Shown here: piece by piece, positions 1-10,851 of the stretch | How the letters are laid out: each line of letters begins with the position of its first letter | Numbering within the stretch: position 1 is the first letter of the stretch | The notes under the pieces: generated by a model | What the model was told of the DNA's origin: nothing | The model's database searches: none | The model's input: the letters and a program-made list of their open reading frames with translations, nothing else | Source: a virus | Lineage: Duplodnaviria; Caudoviricetes | Length of the DNA: 27,632 nucleotides | IMG/VR virus record: IMGVR_UViG_3300038318_000481 | Span: 1-27,632 of that record | Reading direction: 5' to 3' (one strand) | Program-made: the position numbers and the translations under genes

Positions 1-3000
1 ATACAACCTTGGGACGGACAGAGCGGAACCGGTGCGGAGGTTCGTGGTGCATTAAATAGGAATTTTGAGAAACTTAAGGATCTCTCTATACTTGCTGGGA
101 TGCCCATAAAAGATTTATTTACTTCTGTTGATCTACTTCCACGCCCTGGAATTTCCGGCAATAATTATTTAGTTGGTGAAAACCTATATGTTTGGTCTGA
201 ATCAGTACTTGATTATGTTGATATAGGGTCTGTTAAAGGTCAAGATGGCCTAGATGGTATTGATGGAAAAGACAGCAAACAAGTAACTACCGTTGCCTAT
301 GACGGTACGCGCCCAGTTCTTCGTTTATTAACCGACGGATCCGGCGTGTCTTATACAGTTCCCACTTTTTCAAAATCTGACGGTTCAACTACAACAATAA
401 TAACAGAAGCTGCTACCTATACAAATGCAGAGGCATTAAGTAGCAAGGTAGATAAAGGAGGTAGCGACAAAACATTGAAGCAGGTTGAAGACGAAATAGT
501 TCAATTAGCTGGCGATGTTAGCCTTAATACGGTTATGGCAATTGAGAAAAATAATTCCATTCGGGACATAGAGCAAGCTCTATCAAAGCCAAAAACAAAT
601 CAAGATATCGCCAAGAGCTATGGAGTAAAAGCTATAAATTTACATGAAATGGCAAATGGCGGCGGCATGGACATAAATATTAAAGGGCTTACATCTAATA
701 ATTTAGTGACAAATGGTGATTTTAGAAATGGGCTGACGGGATGGCAAACATCTGGCGGCACAATTCAGCAAATATCGGGAAACTTAGTAAGTATTGGGGA
801 TGGGACGAATAGTTCGCCGTACACTTATAGGAATATTGTAAGAAATGCTGGCGACATTTATTATATCAGGGCAAGGGTAAGGGTTACAAACAACGCATGC
901 ACCAAGATAACACTTTCTGATAGTGGTGGAGTTTCTCATAATCATATAATTAATAATCCAACATTAAATGAATGGTATGACCTTAGTGTTAGATCCGTAT
1001 TCACCGAGACAAATATGAATATAATAATAATTCATACATACGTTGATGCGGCAACAGCAAGCGGGAAATCTATGGAGGTAGACCATTTATTGGCTATCAA
1101 CATAACTAATACATTTGGGAGCGGTGAGGAGCCGTCCATCGATGAATGTGCTGAGATATATGACGCTTATTTTGAGGGCGAAAAAAATGTAACCTCAACA
1201 AGCAGGATAAGGGTTGTTGATAAATCGGGCGAAACTGTATCTAAATTATATCTCATTTCCCCTGACCTTAAATCGAACGGATCAATAAAAGACGAGATAA
1301 GGCGAGGCGTTGATGGCTATGAAATGGTAAGAAGAATTAATCCATCCGACAATACAATTTTATCTACGCCATCTATAATACCTGTAAGTTTTTCGGGGAT
1401 ATTAAACAGCGTTGAGGGTGGAATATTATATAAAGAACCGGTTATAAAAGATAGGGGAGAGTATAAAACAAATATGACTATATCTTCAATAGATTATCCA
1501 ATTTCATCAATTGAAGAAATAATAGTCAATGGAACTTATCTGGACGTATCAGAGGCAACAGTATCCGCGGATGGATTATCGTTTACTCATCCAGATTTAA
1601 TTTCCGGAGATTTAATATTATTCACATATATTTATAACAAAGAGGGTGTCAATGGTTTAATTACCGCGAACTATCATATAAAAGAATCTAACAGATTATC
1701 TATAAGGCACAAAGCATTAATGATTGGCATAAGACCAGTTGCGTCAAACATAAATAACATATCAACAGATTTGTATAGAAATGGCTTTACACTCGAACAT
1801 TGCTCGATAACTGCATTTTGTAACAATTATGAAACATGGTCGTCCGATTATGATTTAATTATTCTAACTGATACATTAATACCATACCAGCTTGACGTTA
1901 CCGCTGCGACATTGAGGACGGCAATATCTCATTCAATGAATGTTGGCTGCAAATTGATAATGTTATTTAATAATTCCGCAATGCAGTTTAATAATTCCAC
2001 ATACGGCGGGTCTAATGGTAGCGGGGCGACAATGTATAACATAATACCGGTAAGGGTTAGAAGCGTTAGTATAACAGGAGAAGTAACTCCAACACAAAAT
2101 GCTGAAATATCGAGAGGTATATTAAACTCAGAATATAAAATTTCCGGCGTTAGAAAAGATTTATATAAAGATGCTGGCGTAGATGGCGATATTGTGTTTC
2201 CCGTACAGGCTGATGACGGTATAAATACGATTAATTTAGTTGCTTACAAGAAAAATTCTTGGGCTATTATAGCCAATGGCGGCACAAGCTCTGGATATGT
2301 GTACATTGATTATTCTGAATTAATTAATGAATTGTTTGGCATAGATGTAAACGACAGGCTCGCAATGGATTCTATGTATGGTAAAAAGGCTGCCGCCATA
2401 GGGGTAGATGCAGATTACACAACAGATATAGAAGCCATAACCAATTTATTAGAAGCCGTTCCAAAACACATACCCCTCGAGGTTGGACTTGTCGCAAATA
2501 GCGTAAATGATAACATCGCAACCGACTATAGGGGATTACAGTCTAAATACCCTAATCTATTCTTATGTAGTCACACATATTCGCATTATGGTGGCGCAAC
2601 AAAAAGAACGGTCATAGATGAGGTTTACGTTATAAACAGCAAGGGATTTATTATACTTAAAAAACCATTTAAGGCGAGAATAACAAGCATAACCTCGCTT
2701 GATGGCCTTACAACTTATACATATAAATATGGATTTATTTATGGCATACCAACTGACACCGAATATTATACAAATATAGATTTAACTTATGGAGACCTGG
2801 TAGATGGATATATTAAATTCTCCCTGGCTAATGTTGGCGTAAGCGTAAAAGTATCATATACCTATCAAGATGACAATTATGAGATTATTCAGTCGATTAA
2901 TAAGCTAAACGGTTATGGTTGTCTTAATGACAAGGTAGTTTATTCCACTATGGGTTATAATTCTATTAGCGCAACAATATATGATCAGGCTGAAAGATTA

Positions 3001-3669
3001 GGAATCACCCTCTGTGAATATTATTTGTTTCCATCTAATTACAGGGCTTCTTTTATCCAAGACGCTTATTATAAAAAAGCGCCAAATTTAAATGGAAACA
3101 CACTTAAAACCCCTCTGTCTGGTGCTGATGACGTAAGTATTTTTAAAAGGTATTCATTCGCAGACTTTCAACTTTCAGCGATGCCTTTTATTATTAACAT
3201 GGCAAATCAATTAGAAATACCATACGTATCATTTATTCACGATATACTTATATCTCTAAATTACGCCTGGTCTGTGTATAACGATCCAGCATCATATAAC
3301 GCCGATTGGAAAAAACCAACCGAGACTGAAACGGTAAACTATATAAAAAGTTTTTATACATATCTATTTTCATCCATAGACGCAGAGGGTGTTAAGTGGG
3401 TTACAAGGGGTGAATATTCAAGATTTTATCAACATATAAATAAATATGTAGAATATAATTTCAGAAGAGTAAATAATAAAGTATATCTGTATGTAAAAAA
3501 TAATAGCGATAAGGTGATTGACGGGGTTACATTTAAGGTTAATTTAGACACAACACCAATAAAAGTAAGCACAATAGATAGAAATATTGAGCATTCATAT
3601 AATAATGGGATTGTAACACTTTGGATTGACTTGTCTCCAGGTGCAAATTATGTGGTAGAAATATATTAA
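1..3669 (+). CDS. Tail fibre/spike (receptor-binding protein), 5'-truncated; CBM-like domain and C-terminal polysaccharide-deacetylase-like domain
   Basis: Frame 1 is open from base 1 (IQPWDGQSGTGAEVRGALNRNFEKL...), so the ATG at 100 is internal. Short Gly-X-Y run (GQDGLDGIDGKD); NLVTNGDF...GWQ CBM4/9-type start near 700; CE4/NodB-like motifs GVDAD, SHTYSH, FIHD, VKWVT. Lies upstream of the tape measure gene. Confidence 0.65.
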   Translation: MQPWDGQSGTGAEVRGALNRNFEKLKDLSILAGMPIKDLFTSVDLLPRPGISGNNYLVGENLYVWSESVLDYVDIGSVKGQDGLDGIDGKDSKQVTTVAYDGTRPVLRLLTDGSGVSYTVPTFSKSDGSTTTIITEAATYTNAEALSSKVDKGGSDKTLKQVEDEIVQLAGDVSLNTVMAIEKNNSIRDIEQALSKPKTNQDIAKSYGVKAINLHEMANGGGMDINIKGLTSNNLVTNGDFRNGLTGWQTSGGTIQQISGNLVSIGDGTNSSPYTYRNIVRNAGDIYYIRARVRVTNNACTKITLSDSGGVSHNHIINNPTLNEWYDLSVRSVFTETNMNIIIIHTYVDAATASGKSMEVDHLLAINITNTFGSGEEPSIDECAEIYDAYFEGEKNVTSTSRIRVVDKSGETVSKLYLISPDLKSNGSIKDEIRRGVDGYEMVRRINPSDNTILSTPSIIPVSFSGILNSVEGGILYKEPVIKDRGEYKTNMTISSIDYPISSIEEIIVNGTYLDVSEATVSADGLSFTHPDLISGDLILFTYIYNKEGVNGLITANYHIKESNRLSIRHKALMIGIRPVASNINNISTDLYRNGFTLEHCSITAFCNNYETWSSDYDLIILTDTLIPYQLDVTAATLRTAISHSMNVGCKLIMLFNNSAMQFNNSTYGGSNGSGATMYNIIPVRVRSVSITGEVTPTQNAEISRGILNSEYKISGVRKDLYKDAGVDGDIVFPVQADDGINTINLVAYKKNSWAIIANGGTSSGYVYIDYSELINELFGIDVNDRLAMDSMYGKKAAAIGVDADYTTDIEAITNLLEAVPKHIPLEVGLVANSVNDNIATDYRGLQSKYPNLFLCSHTYSHYGGATKRTVIDEVYVINSKGFIILKKPFKARITSITSLDGLTTYTYKYGFIYGIPTDTEYYTNIDLTYGDLVDGYIKFSLANVGVSVKVSYTYQDDNYEIIQSINKLNGYGCLNDKVVYSTMGYNSISATIYDQAERLGITLCEYYLFPSNYRASFIQDAYYKKAPNLNGNTLKTPLSGADDVSIFKRYSFADFQLSAMPFIINMANQLEIPYVSFIHDILISLNYAWSVYNDPASYNADWKKPTETETVNYIKSFYTYLFSSIDAEGVKWVTRGEYSRFYQHINKYVEYNFRRVNNKVYLYVKNNSDKVIDGVTFKVNLDTTPIKVSTIDRNIEHSYNNGIVTLWIDLSPGANYVVEIY

Positions 3670-3848
3670 TAATGTCAAATTGAGGACTATTTGAACTAAA
3701 ATCAGGTGGAGGTGGTCGGGAATAATGAATGAAACTATATATATCCGTAACGCAACTGTCCAGATTTGAAGCTTTATACCGGAATACAGAAAGACTTGAT
3801 CAAATACAAATCAAGTGGATGAAAACAATGTATTCGTGTCCTTTGATT

Positions 3849-3871
3849 AAAGCCCTTTATGGGCTTTTTTT
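3849..3871 (+). terminator. Intrinsic terminator-like hairpin
   Basis: AAAGCCC-TTTAT-GGGCTTT followed by a T run, downstream of the tail fibre gene. Overlaps a candidate late promoter. Confidence 0.55.
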
Positions 3872-3894
3872 GTGTAATCTAAATTAACAATCAC

Positions 3895-6800
3895 ATGGCC
3901 AGAGACCTCAATCGTTCAATAAAAATCTTCATCGATAATTCCGACGCGATGGCAAACGCCCAGAAGCTTGAGTCACGGATTTCAAGTTTACGGGCAGAGT
4001 TGCAAAAATTATCTGCTGAAGGCAAGAAAGATACAAAGGAATATACCTCCCAGGAAAAAGCAGTCAAAAAACTTGAAAACTCATATGCTTCATATCAGGC
4101 AAAGATCAAGGAAACTGAACGTGTTCTTAAAAATCTTTCCGGAGCGACATACAAAGAGCTCACGTCAACGAAAAGAACACTTATGCGTGAACTGCGTAAC
4201 GAAACTCGTGGAACTGAGCAATATCGCCAAAAGCTTCTTGCACTTCATGCCGTTCAGAAAGAGTTGAATGTCGCACAAAAGGAGATGACCAATAGTCTGG
4301 GATCCCAGGGCACGATTATAAGTCGTGCAGCTGCCGGATTCAACAAATATTTCGGAATGATCACAACCGGTCTTGCCACCATCACGGGTATATCATTCAC
4401 GCTCCGGAAACTTAGCCAGGACGCGGCCGAATTTGAAGATGTGTATGCCGATGTGATGAAAACAACCGGCATGACACGTCAGGAAGTCGGAGATCTGAAT
4501 GAGGAATTCAAGAAAATGGATACTCGCACATCTCGAGAACAATTGAATATGTTGGCTCGTGATGCCGGGAAGCTCGGTTTATCAAGCAAGAAAGATATAC
4601 TTGATTTCGTTGAGGCTGCCAACCAGATCAATGTAGCCCTCGGTGAAGATCTCGGAGAGAATGCGATTCGGGAGGTTGGTAAAATGGCCGATGTCTTCGA
4701 AAGATCTACAAAGGAACTTGACGGACTTGGACTGAAAGAAAAGATGCTGGCCATCGGATCCGCCATTAATGAGATTGGAGCTTCATCTTCAGCCAATGAA
4801 GATTACCTTGTCCAGTTTGCTGGCCGGTTGGGCGGAGTCGCAACACAGGCGGGTATTGGAATTGACAAAATCATTGGTTATGCATCCGCACTCGATCAGG
4901 ACATGCAACAGGTTGAAATGTCAGCGACTGCATTGCAGCAATTTATCATCAAGCTCATGGGTGAACCTGCCAAGTTCGCCCAGATTGCCGGGCTCGAAGT
5001 CAACTCATTTACTACCCTGCTTAAAACTGATGCAAACGAAGCAATCAAAACAGTACTACGTTCCCTGAACGAAAAAGGGGGATTTCAACAGCTCATACCT
5101 TACTTTGACGAGATGGGCCTTTCCGGTACCCGGGCAGTAGGAGTGTTGAGCGCCATGGCCGGTAGTATCGACAAGATCGATGAAGCGCAGAAAATTGCAA
5201 ACAACAGTATGGTGGAAGCGGTCAGTCTCACCAACGAATACAACATTAAAAATAACAATGCCAATGCCGAACTTGAAAAGCGTCGAAAAGCATTCAAAGA
5301 TGCAGCGGAAGAATTGGGGAGTCGGTTGAATCCAGCACTACTTAAAAGTACAAATATTGTAACATACATCGTTAAGTTGTTACCTGGCGTATTGGACTTT
5401 CTGGACAAGTATGGCAAGTACCTGGTCTATCTAGTCACGGCATATGCTGCTTATAATGTAGCTGTCAGGGTAGCCATTGCCTGGGAAACCAAGTTAAAGA
5501 TAGCTTTTAGTCTGAGCAACATTATGCTCAAGACAAAACTAGCCCTTTTAAACGGAATAAGAATTGCTTCCCTTGCTTACAATGCCGTATCTGCATTGCT
5601 TACCGGAAACCTGGGCAGGGCCAGGGCAGCATGGAGAGCACTTAACGCCGCGATGGCAACCAACCCCATCGGGCTGATTGCTGTCGCCGTCACAGCTGCT
5701 GTTGCCGGAATAGTAAAACTGGTACAGTGGCTCACCCGTGCTTCCGATGCCACCAAGGCAATCAAGACAGCCACAGAACAACTTAATTCAGAATTGGGCA
5801 GCGAGAAAAGGGAAGTTAAGGCCCTTTTTGAAGCCCTGAAAAAATCAAATCCGGAGAGTGCAACGCACCTGCAGATCCGAAAGGAAATTATCTCCCGGTA
5901 TGGAAAATACTTGCAGGGTCTCGTCGACGAAAAAGGTAATATCACTGACGTTGGTGAGGCAATCAAGGCTGTTAACAGCGGCTTGGAAGAACAGATTAAA
6001 CTTAAAATAAAGAACCAGGCAACTGATCAGATCATAACTGATTCACTGAACAAGCAGACCGAGATCACAGACAAGGTAATGAAGCGAATCGGTAAGCAGG
6101 TATCATCAGAGATCGTAAAATCTTCCATCCGCGAAACCATCAACCGGACGATTAGCGAATTTACTTCGAGCGGAGGTGCGGATTTTGCCAGTTTACAACA
6201 AACACTTCTGACCGATATTCAACAAACCTATGGTGTAGATGCGTATAAAGGTGTGTTCAATGTGAAGAATCTGGTATCCGACCTGGTCGATGAAGTGAAA
6301 AACAGCAGTGAGGCAATCACTGAAGTTGATCAGAAGTTTGCAGGTATGATTTCGAAATATACCGATGTGAGTTCAGTGCTGAAAGATCCGGAGACACCTG
6401 ATCCCACCGACCCGCCAAGTGACGATAAAAATAAAGAAAAGCTGTCTGCACTCGAAAAGTATATAGCAAAAGAAAAGGCATTAATTCAACAGAGGTATAT
6501 CGATGGCCTGATCTCCGCCCAGGAATATAATCGTGAACTAGAATTGCTTGAACTTGAAAGACTGCGTAAAAGTCTTGAGGATTCAGGTCTCACATTTGAA
6601 CAGCAAAAAGAAATCGAATTGAAGATCTTCGACACGAAAAACGAGATGTTGCGTCGGATCCGCGAGGAAGAAGAGCAGCACGAAGCAAAACTCAAGGAAA
6701 TTCGTGAAAATGCCGAGAAAGCCAGGATGGATGGCAACTGGAACACTCTTCGCGCCATTGCCAAGCAGAATGATGAGAATTACAAGGCAGAGTTTGAGCG

Positions 6801-7617
6801 GGAGAACAAACGCCGTGCAGATCTCGCCGCGATCGGATTTGATTTTGCAAATGAGATGGGTTCACTTGTTGCCGGTGCAATGTCCGGGAATGAAGATATC
6901 ATTGCCAGCTCCATGAAATCGATCATCACTATGGGACTTGATCTGCTTAAGATACAGGTTCAAATGGCTATCGCGGGTGCTACTGCTCAATCGCTTGCCA
7001 TGCCTGACTCCCTCGCTACACTTGGAGCTTCTGGATTTGCCAGGGCTGCTGTTATTGTTGGGGCTATCGAAGCTGCGTTTGCAGTTGTTAAAGGTCTTGT
7101 TGGTAGTGTACTGGGGAAAATTGGTAATACCAATTCATCACAAACGGCCACAACATCAGATACACAGCAAGGCCGGTATGTTACAGTTCCCCAAAGAGCT
7201 CAAGGTAAATATGACGTTATCGGAGCCGGTGATGGTAAATACTATCCTGGCGTTCCTTATATCGGATCTCCCAGTACCGGGGTAGTGGCAACCCCAACAC
7301 TTATTGCCGAACAGGGGCGTGAACTGGTTGTGTCATCACCGGATCTGAACAGGTTACAACGTCATATCAACTACCCTATGGTGATCCAGGCAATCAATGA
7401 TGCCCGTTCCGGTGTAGTTCCACAACGTGCCGAAGGGAATTATTCATCGGTGCCCTCGCCTGCAACTCCATCTCCATATGATCTGGCTGTCATCGCTGAA
7501 GTACGCGATCTTCTCAAATATTTGAAAAATAATGGTGTGCAATCGTACTTTGCATTGTCTGAGTTGCAACGGAAACAACAATTATTAATCGATTCTCAAA
7601 AAATTGGCAAGAAATGA
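3895..7617 (+). CDS. Phage tail tape measure protein (TP901/PhageMin_Tail-like core)
   Basis: 1240 aa, Ala-rich and helical. Core FEDVYADVMKTTG...LARDAGKLG...FVEAANQINVALG; hydrophobic NPIGLIAVAV segment; C-terminal AEQGRELVV motif. Confidence 0.9.
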   Translation: MARDLNRSIKIFIDNSDAMANAQKLESRISSLRAELQKLSAEGKKDTKEYTSQEKAVKKLENSYASYQAKIKETERVLKNLSGATYKELTSTKRTLMRELRNETRGTEQYRQKLLALHAVQKELNVAQKEMTNSLGSQGTIISRAAAGFNKYFGMITTGLATITGISFTLRKLSQDAAEFEDVYADVMKTTGMTRQEVGDLNEEFKKMDTRTSREQLNMLARDAGKLGLSSKKDILDFVEAANQINVALGEDLGENAIREVGKMADVFERSTKELDGLGLKEKMLAIGSAINEIGASSSANEDYLVQFAGRLGGVATQAGIGIDKIIGYASALDQDMQQVEMSATALQQFIIKLMGEPAKFAQIAGLEVNSFTTLLKTDANEAIKTVLRSLNEKGGFQQLIPYFDEMGLSGTRAVGVLSAMAGSIDKIDEAQKIANNSMVEAVSLTNEYNIKNNNANAELEKRRKAFKDAAEELGSRLNPALLKSTNIVTYIVKLLPGVLDFLDKYGKYLVYLVTAYAAYNVAVRVAIAWETKLKIAFSLSNIMLKTKLALLNGIRIASLAYNAVSALLTGNLGRARAAWRALNAAMATNPIGLIAVAVTAAVAGIVKLVQWLTRASDATKAIKTATEQLNSELGSEKREVKALFEALKKSNPESATHLQIRKEIISRYGKYLQGLVDEKGNITDVGEAIKAVNSGLEEQIKLKIKNQATDQIITDSLNKQTEITDKVMKRIGKQVSSEIVKSSIRETINRTISEFTSSGGADFASLQQTLLTDIQQTYGVDAYKGVFNVKNLVSDLVDEVKNSSEAITEVDQKFAGMISKYTDVSSVLKDPETPDPTDPPSDDKNKEKLSALEKYIAKEKALIQQRYIDGLISAQEYNRELELLELERLRKSLEDSGLTFEQQKEIELKIFDTKNEMLRRIREEEEQHEAKLKEIRENAEKARMDGNWNTLRAIAKQNDENYKAEFERENKRRADLAAIGFDFANEMGSLVAGAMSGNEDIIASSMKSIITMGLDLLKIQVQMAIAGATAQSLAMPDSLATLGASGFARAAVIVGAIEAAFAVVKGLVGSVLGKIGNTNSSQTATTSDTQQGRYVTVPQRAQGKYDVIGAGDGKYYPGVPYIGSPSTGVVATPTLIAEQGRELVVSSPDLNRLQRHINYPMVIQAINDARSGVVPQRAEGNYSSVPSPATPSPYDLAVIAEVRDLLKYLKNNGVQSYFALSELQRKQQLLIDSQKIGKK

Positions 7618-9620
7618 AAATCATCCATCCATCCGGACAGTCCTATGATATATTTCCTGGTACTGATCTTGAATTGACCAGGTACAATCCGTTTTTCAAT
7701 GATTTGGGTGAACAAAGCATCCCGATATCACTTCCCGGATCAAAGCATAATATGGAGCTGCTTGGCCATCCAGACAGAACAGACAACAAAAACAAACCAT
7801 CTTCCAGGATAGACACTTTAATACAATCAGGTGCATTCTCAGCAAAAGCGCGCCAGGCAATTTTATCTGCAAAAAAGAACGGCACCATCGAATCATCATT
7901 CTATTTAAATGAAGGTGCATTCTACGAAAAAACAAGAGATCTCATGCTTCATGATATATTCGCCGGTGAGTCTGTACAGTTCGAAAATGTACAATCTGCT
8001 GCAACCTTCGTATATTCCCTACTGTCAACACATGATGATCGTTTTAGCTGCTTCATGGTGAATGCATGGGATAAGATACTAAACATGCCAGATCCCACAG
8101 GAAATGGCATGTTTTATCATCAGGTTGATCGGGAGGAGACAGTCGATGAAAAACCGGTTATTATTCCTGCAGGAATGTTTATCACCCCATTTGTAAAGGT
8201 AAAACATGTTTTACAGCATATTTCTGAACACATTGGATACACCCTTGAAGCCTCATTCATGGATGTTGCTCCATTTAATAACATGGTTTTCCTTAACAAT
8301 AATGCAGATACAATCCTTGCAGGCACAATAAATTTCGTGGATATTGTTCCTGATATGCCGGTAAATGAATTTTTTAATATTCTCCGAAAATTTTATTGTG
8401 AAATAATCCCGGATGAAGTATATAAAAAAATAAGAATTATACCATTTAATGATATCATTGATGGTCAGGAAGCATCAGATCTTACTGCCCAGAAGAGTGG
8501 TGATCTTTCAATATCTTATCACAACAACTATCGACAGCTGTCGCTCATATCCGATTCACTCAATATTCCGGAAGAGGATGGACAAGAAAAAAAGAATGTT
8601 GTCTCGGAGACTCTTTCACTAACAGATCTTTCAAGGCGTTTCCCATCTGCCTGGATTGATATTGACGGATCCATCTACAGATCAGGATATAAAGGAGACA
8701 AACCTGTAACTGAACGTATCGGGTCCCTGCATTGCAATTATAATGCGGGAGACGAACTGCCGAAAGAAGAAAAATCGTTTCCCGATATATTGATTGAGGT
8801 AACAAAATCGTATTTTGGCTGGCAACCTACCCCTGGTGGAACTGTCACTGTTACCGATATGTTTTACCCTTATGTAGGTTCTCCACGCCATATCCGCAGC
8901 AAGCTTGTTTTCTCCAAGGATGAAGAGCAGCAAGCTCAGGAAGAAGCGATGAACGGATCATCTCACCAGGAACTAAAACCGATGCTCTGTCTTTATTTTC
9001 ATGACACTACTCAATCGCTCAACGTTGGAACAATTCATAATCGTGATTTTACCGGGCAAAAATTGTGGGATTATACACTTGCCTATAATGGTGAAGATGG
9101 AATATATGAGAAATTCTGGCGCAAGTATGATGAATTACTGCGTAACGCTTTGCTCGAAATCAATGGAGAATTTATTCTTACTGAAAATCAAAAGATGTCT
9201 TTACCATCTCACAGAAAAATAATTATCGACTCACAGTTCTTGATACCCAATCGTGTTAATTACGTTCCCGGAAAGAATATACCAACTGAATGCAGTTTTT
9301 TTACTACCAAATTGCAGGAACCGTTGTCCGTAGCTAAAACAATGAATGAATATTTTCCATCTTCTCCATATAAATGGGAATTAAAAACTGAGAGGAATTT
9401 CACGAATTCGGTGCCGACAGGATCATGGGAAATTATCAAGTTCAAATCAGAACCGGTAGCATATTTTCCTGAGCATCCCTCAGAATCACAATATACTTCC
9501 GGAGGACGGCAGTATGAAAAACAGTATGATGTTGAATATGGTTACACTAACTTATTTACTTATACTAAAAATGGTGATGGTGTAATAACAACATACCTTC
9601 AGGCCATATTGAACAGTTAA
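7614..9620 (+). CDS. Putative tail/baseplate structural protein
   Basis: 668 aa, ATGA overlap with the tape measure stop. N-terminal NPFF...GEQSIPISLP...N pattern typical of tail hub proteins after the TMP. Its stop shares TTAA with the convergent integrase. Confidence 0.6.
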   Translation: MKIIHPSGQSYDIFPGTDLELTRYNPFFNDLGEQSIPISLPGSKHNMELLGHPDRTDNKNKPSSRIDTLIQSGAFSAKARQAILSAKKNGTIESSFYLNEGAFYEKTRDLMLHDIFAGESVQFENVQSAATFVYSLLSTHDDRFSCFMVNAWDKILNMPDPTGNGMFYHQVDREETVDEKPVIIPAGMFITPFVKVKHVLQHISEHIGYTLEASFMDVAPFNNMVFLNNNADTILAGTINFVDIVPDMPVNEFFNILRKFYCEIIPDEVYKKIRIIPFNDIIDGQEASDLTAQKSGDLSISYHNNYRQLSLISDSLNIPEEDGQEKKNVVSETLSLTDLSRRFPSAWIDIDGSIYRSGYKGDKPVTERIGSLHCNYNAGDELPKEEKSFPDILIEVTKSYFGWQPTPGGTVTVTDMFYPYVGSPRHIRSKLVFSKDEEQQAQEEAMNGSSHQELKPMLCLYFHDTTQSLNVGTIHNRDFTGQKLWDYTLAYNGEDGIYEKFWRKYDELLRNALLEINGEFILTENQKMSLPSHRKIIIDSQFLIPNRVNYVPGKNIPTECSFFTTKLQEPLSVAKTMNEYFPSSPYKWELKTERNFTNSVPTGSWEIIKFKSEPVAYFPEHPSESQYTSGGRQYEKQYDVEYGYTNLFTYTKNGDGVITTYLQAILNS

Positions 9621-10789
9621 AATTCCGTTTCATGCATAGCCAGAAGATCGTTTGCTTCCTGTATATCATGTGGTGTATATGAATCAGTCATGAGGATAGA
9701 TGCGTGCCTGGCCTGATCACGAACCGTGATGGACGGGAAACGACGAAGCATCGAAGTGATTCCTGTATCTTTCAACGAATAAAATTTATAAGTTGCCGGC
9801 AACTTCAGCGATTTTCGCACATAATGAAACCAATAGTCGCGAAACTGTTTTTCCGATCGTTGATTTTCTCCCGGCAAGAAGTCATCGGAAAAAAGATAAT
9901 AGTGCCCAGGTGCGTCAAATATTTTAAGATCAATCATCAGTTGTATCACTTTTCGGGGCAGGGTTAATACTCCATCCTTTCGTGTTTTTGCATTTTCATC
10001 TGGAATAAAAAGTGTCTGCCTGGAGATGGATATGTCTTCAATTTTTATTTTGCTCATCTCTTTCGGCCGTACAAAACAGTAAAAGAGAACATAACAAGCC
10101 AGTAGAAAGTGGGGTTTGTTCTGCTCAGCATACTTTTTGATTCTCATCATATCCTGATCCGATATCACTGTCCGTTGTTTTTTCTTACTTCTCTTTCCGA
10201 ACATAAGAATTCCCTCCGTCGGTTTCGTTTTCAGGTACTGGTTACTTACCAACCAGGTAGAAAATGTTCGCATGAATCCCAGGTAATTATCACGTGTCTG
10301 TGGTGTATTGCCTCTCTCAATGTAGATGTGTTCTAAGAACGATCGCACGAAAGCACCGTCAAATTGGTATATATATTTAGAGGGATTTTTACGCTGCATG
10401 TTCCAATCTTCAATGTTTTTCAGGTAAGAAATGTATGAATCATACGTATCTTTCCTGTATAGGTTATCCACAAACATTTTCTCCGTGAACCTGCGATAAT
10501 GGTTAAATACATCTTCAACGGTATGATACGCATTTCCGTTTTCCGATTCAATCCACGGATTCCACCCATCCATCAGCTGTGCATTGAGCCTTTTTATTAA
10601 TCCTTGCGCATAAATTCTGCGTTCAGATGCTTTTTTAATAAAGTTCAGTTTGATTTTTTTCCGGCGCATTCTATCGCTCGCCGGATCATAGGCATAAAAA
10701 CCAACATACCATTCTTTTCCAGTGTAAAGAACTGGTGGTGTGTACGATAAAATCTGTAATAGTGCCTTTCGGCGTTCTTGGCTAAACAT
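9617..10789 (-). CDS. int: Phage tyrosine integrase
   Basis: Catalytic residues R (FVRPKE), K (AKTRK), YSLK (HxxR variant), H (QARH), Y (TDSY). SAM-like core region. Adjacent to attP. Confidence 0.92.
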   Translation of the reverse strand: MFSQERRKALLQILSYTPPVLYTGKEWYVGFYAYDPASDRMRRKKIKLNFIKKASERRIYAQGLIKRLNAQLMDGWNPWIESENGNAYHTVEDVFNHYRRFTEKMFVDNLYRKDTYDSYISYLKNIEDWNMQRKNPSKYIYQFDGAFVRSFLEHIYIERGNTPQTRDNYLGFMRTFSTWLVSNQYLKTKPTEGILMFGKRSKKKQRTVISDQDMMRIKKYAEQNKPHFLLACYVLFYCFVRPKEMSKIKIEDISISRQTLFIPDENAKTRKDGVLTLPRKVIQLMIDLKIFDAPGHYYLFSDDFLPGENQRSEKQFRDYWFHYVRKSLKLPATYKFYSLKDTGITSMLRRFPSITVRDQARHASILMTDSYTPHDIQEANDLLAMHETEF

Positions 10790-10851
10790 AATTTTTTTTT
10801 ACACCTCCAGGATTATTCATCCCGGAAGCGTAAAAAAGTGAGAAATTTCCC

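Noticed and set aside
100-102. ATG 100 as the start of the tail fibre gene
   Set aside because: The frame is open and protein-like from base 1, so the true start is probably upstream of the window.
3968-9445. Short alternative-frame and antisense ORFs inside the tape measure and tail genes (and similar ones inside the primase, head and capsid genes)
   Set aside because: They are nested within long, well-supported CDSs, have no motifs, and are expected shadow ORFs.
9617-10789. Phage integrase as the integron integrase for the cassette
   Set aside because: It has its own tRNA-type attP and arm sites, and I cannot see the IntI-specific insertion. An HMM comparison would settle this.
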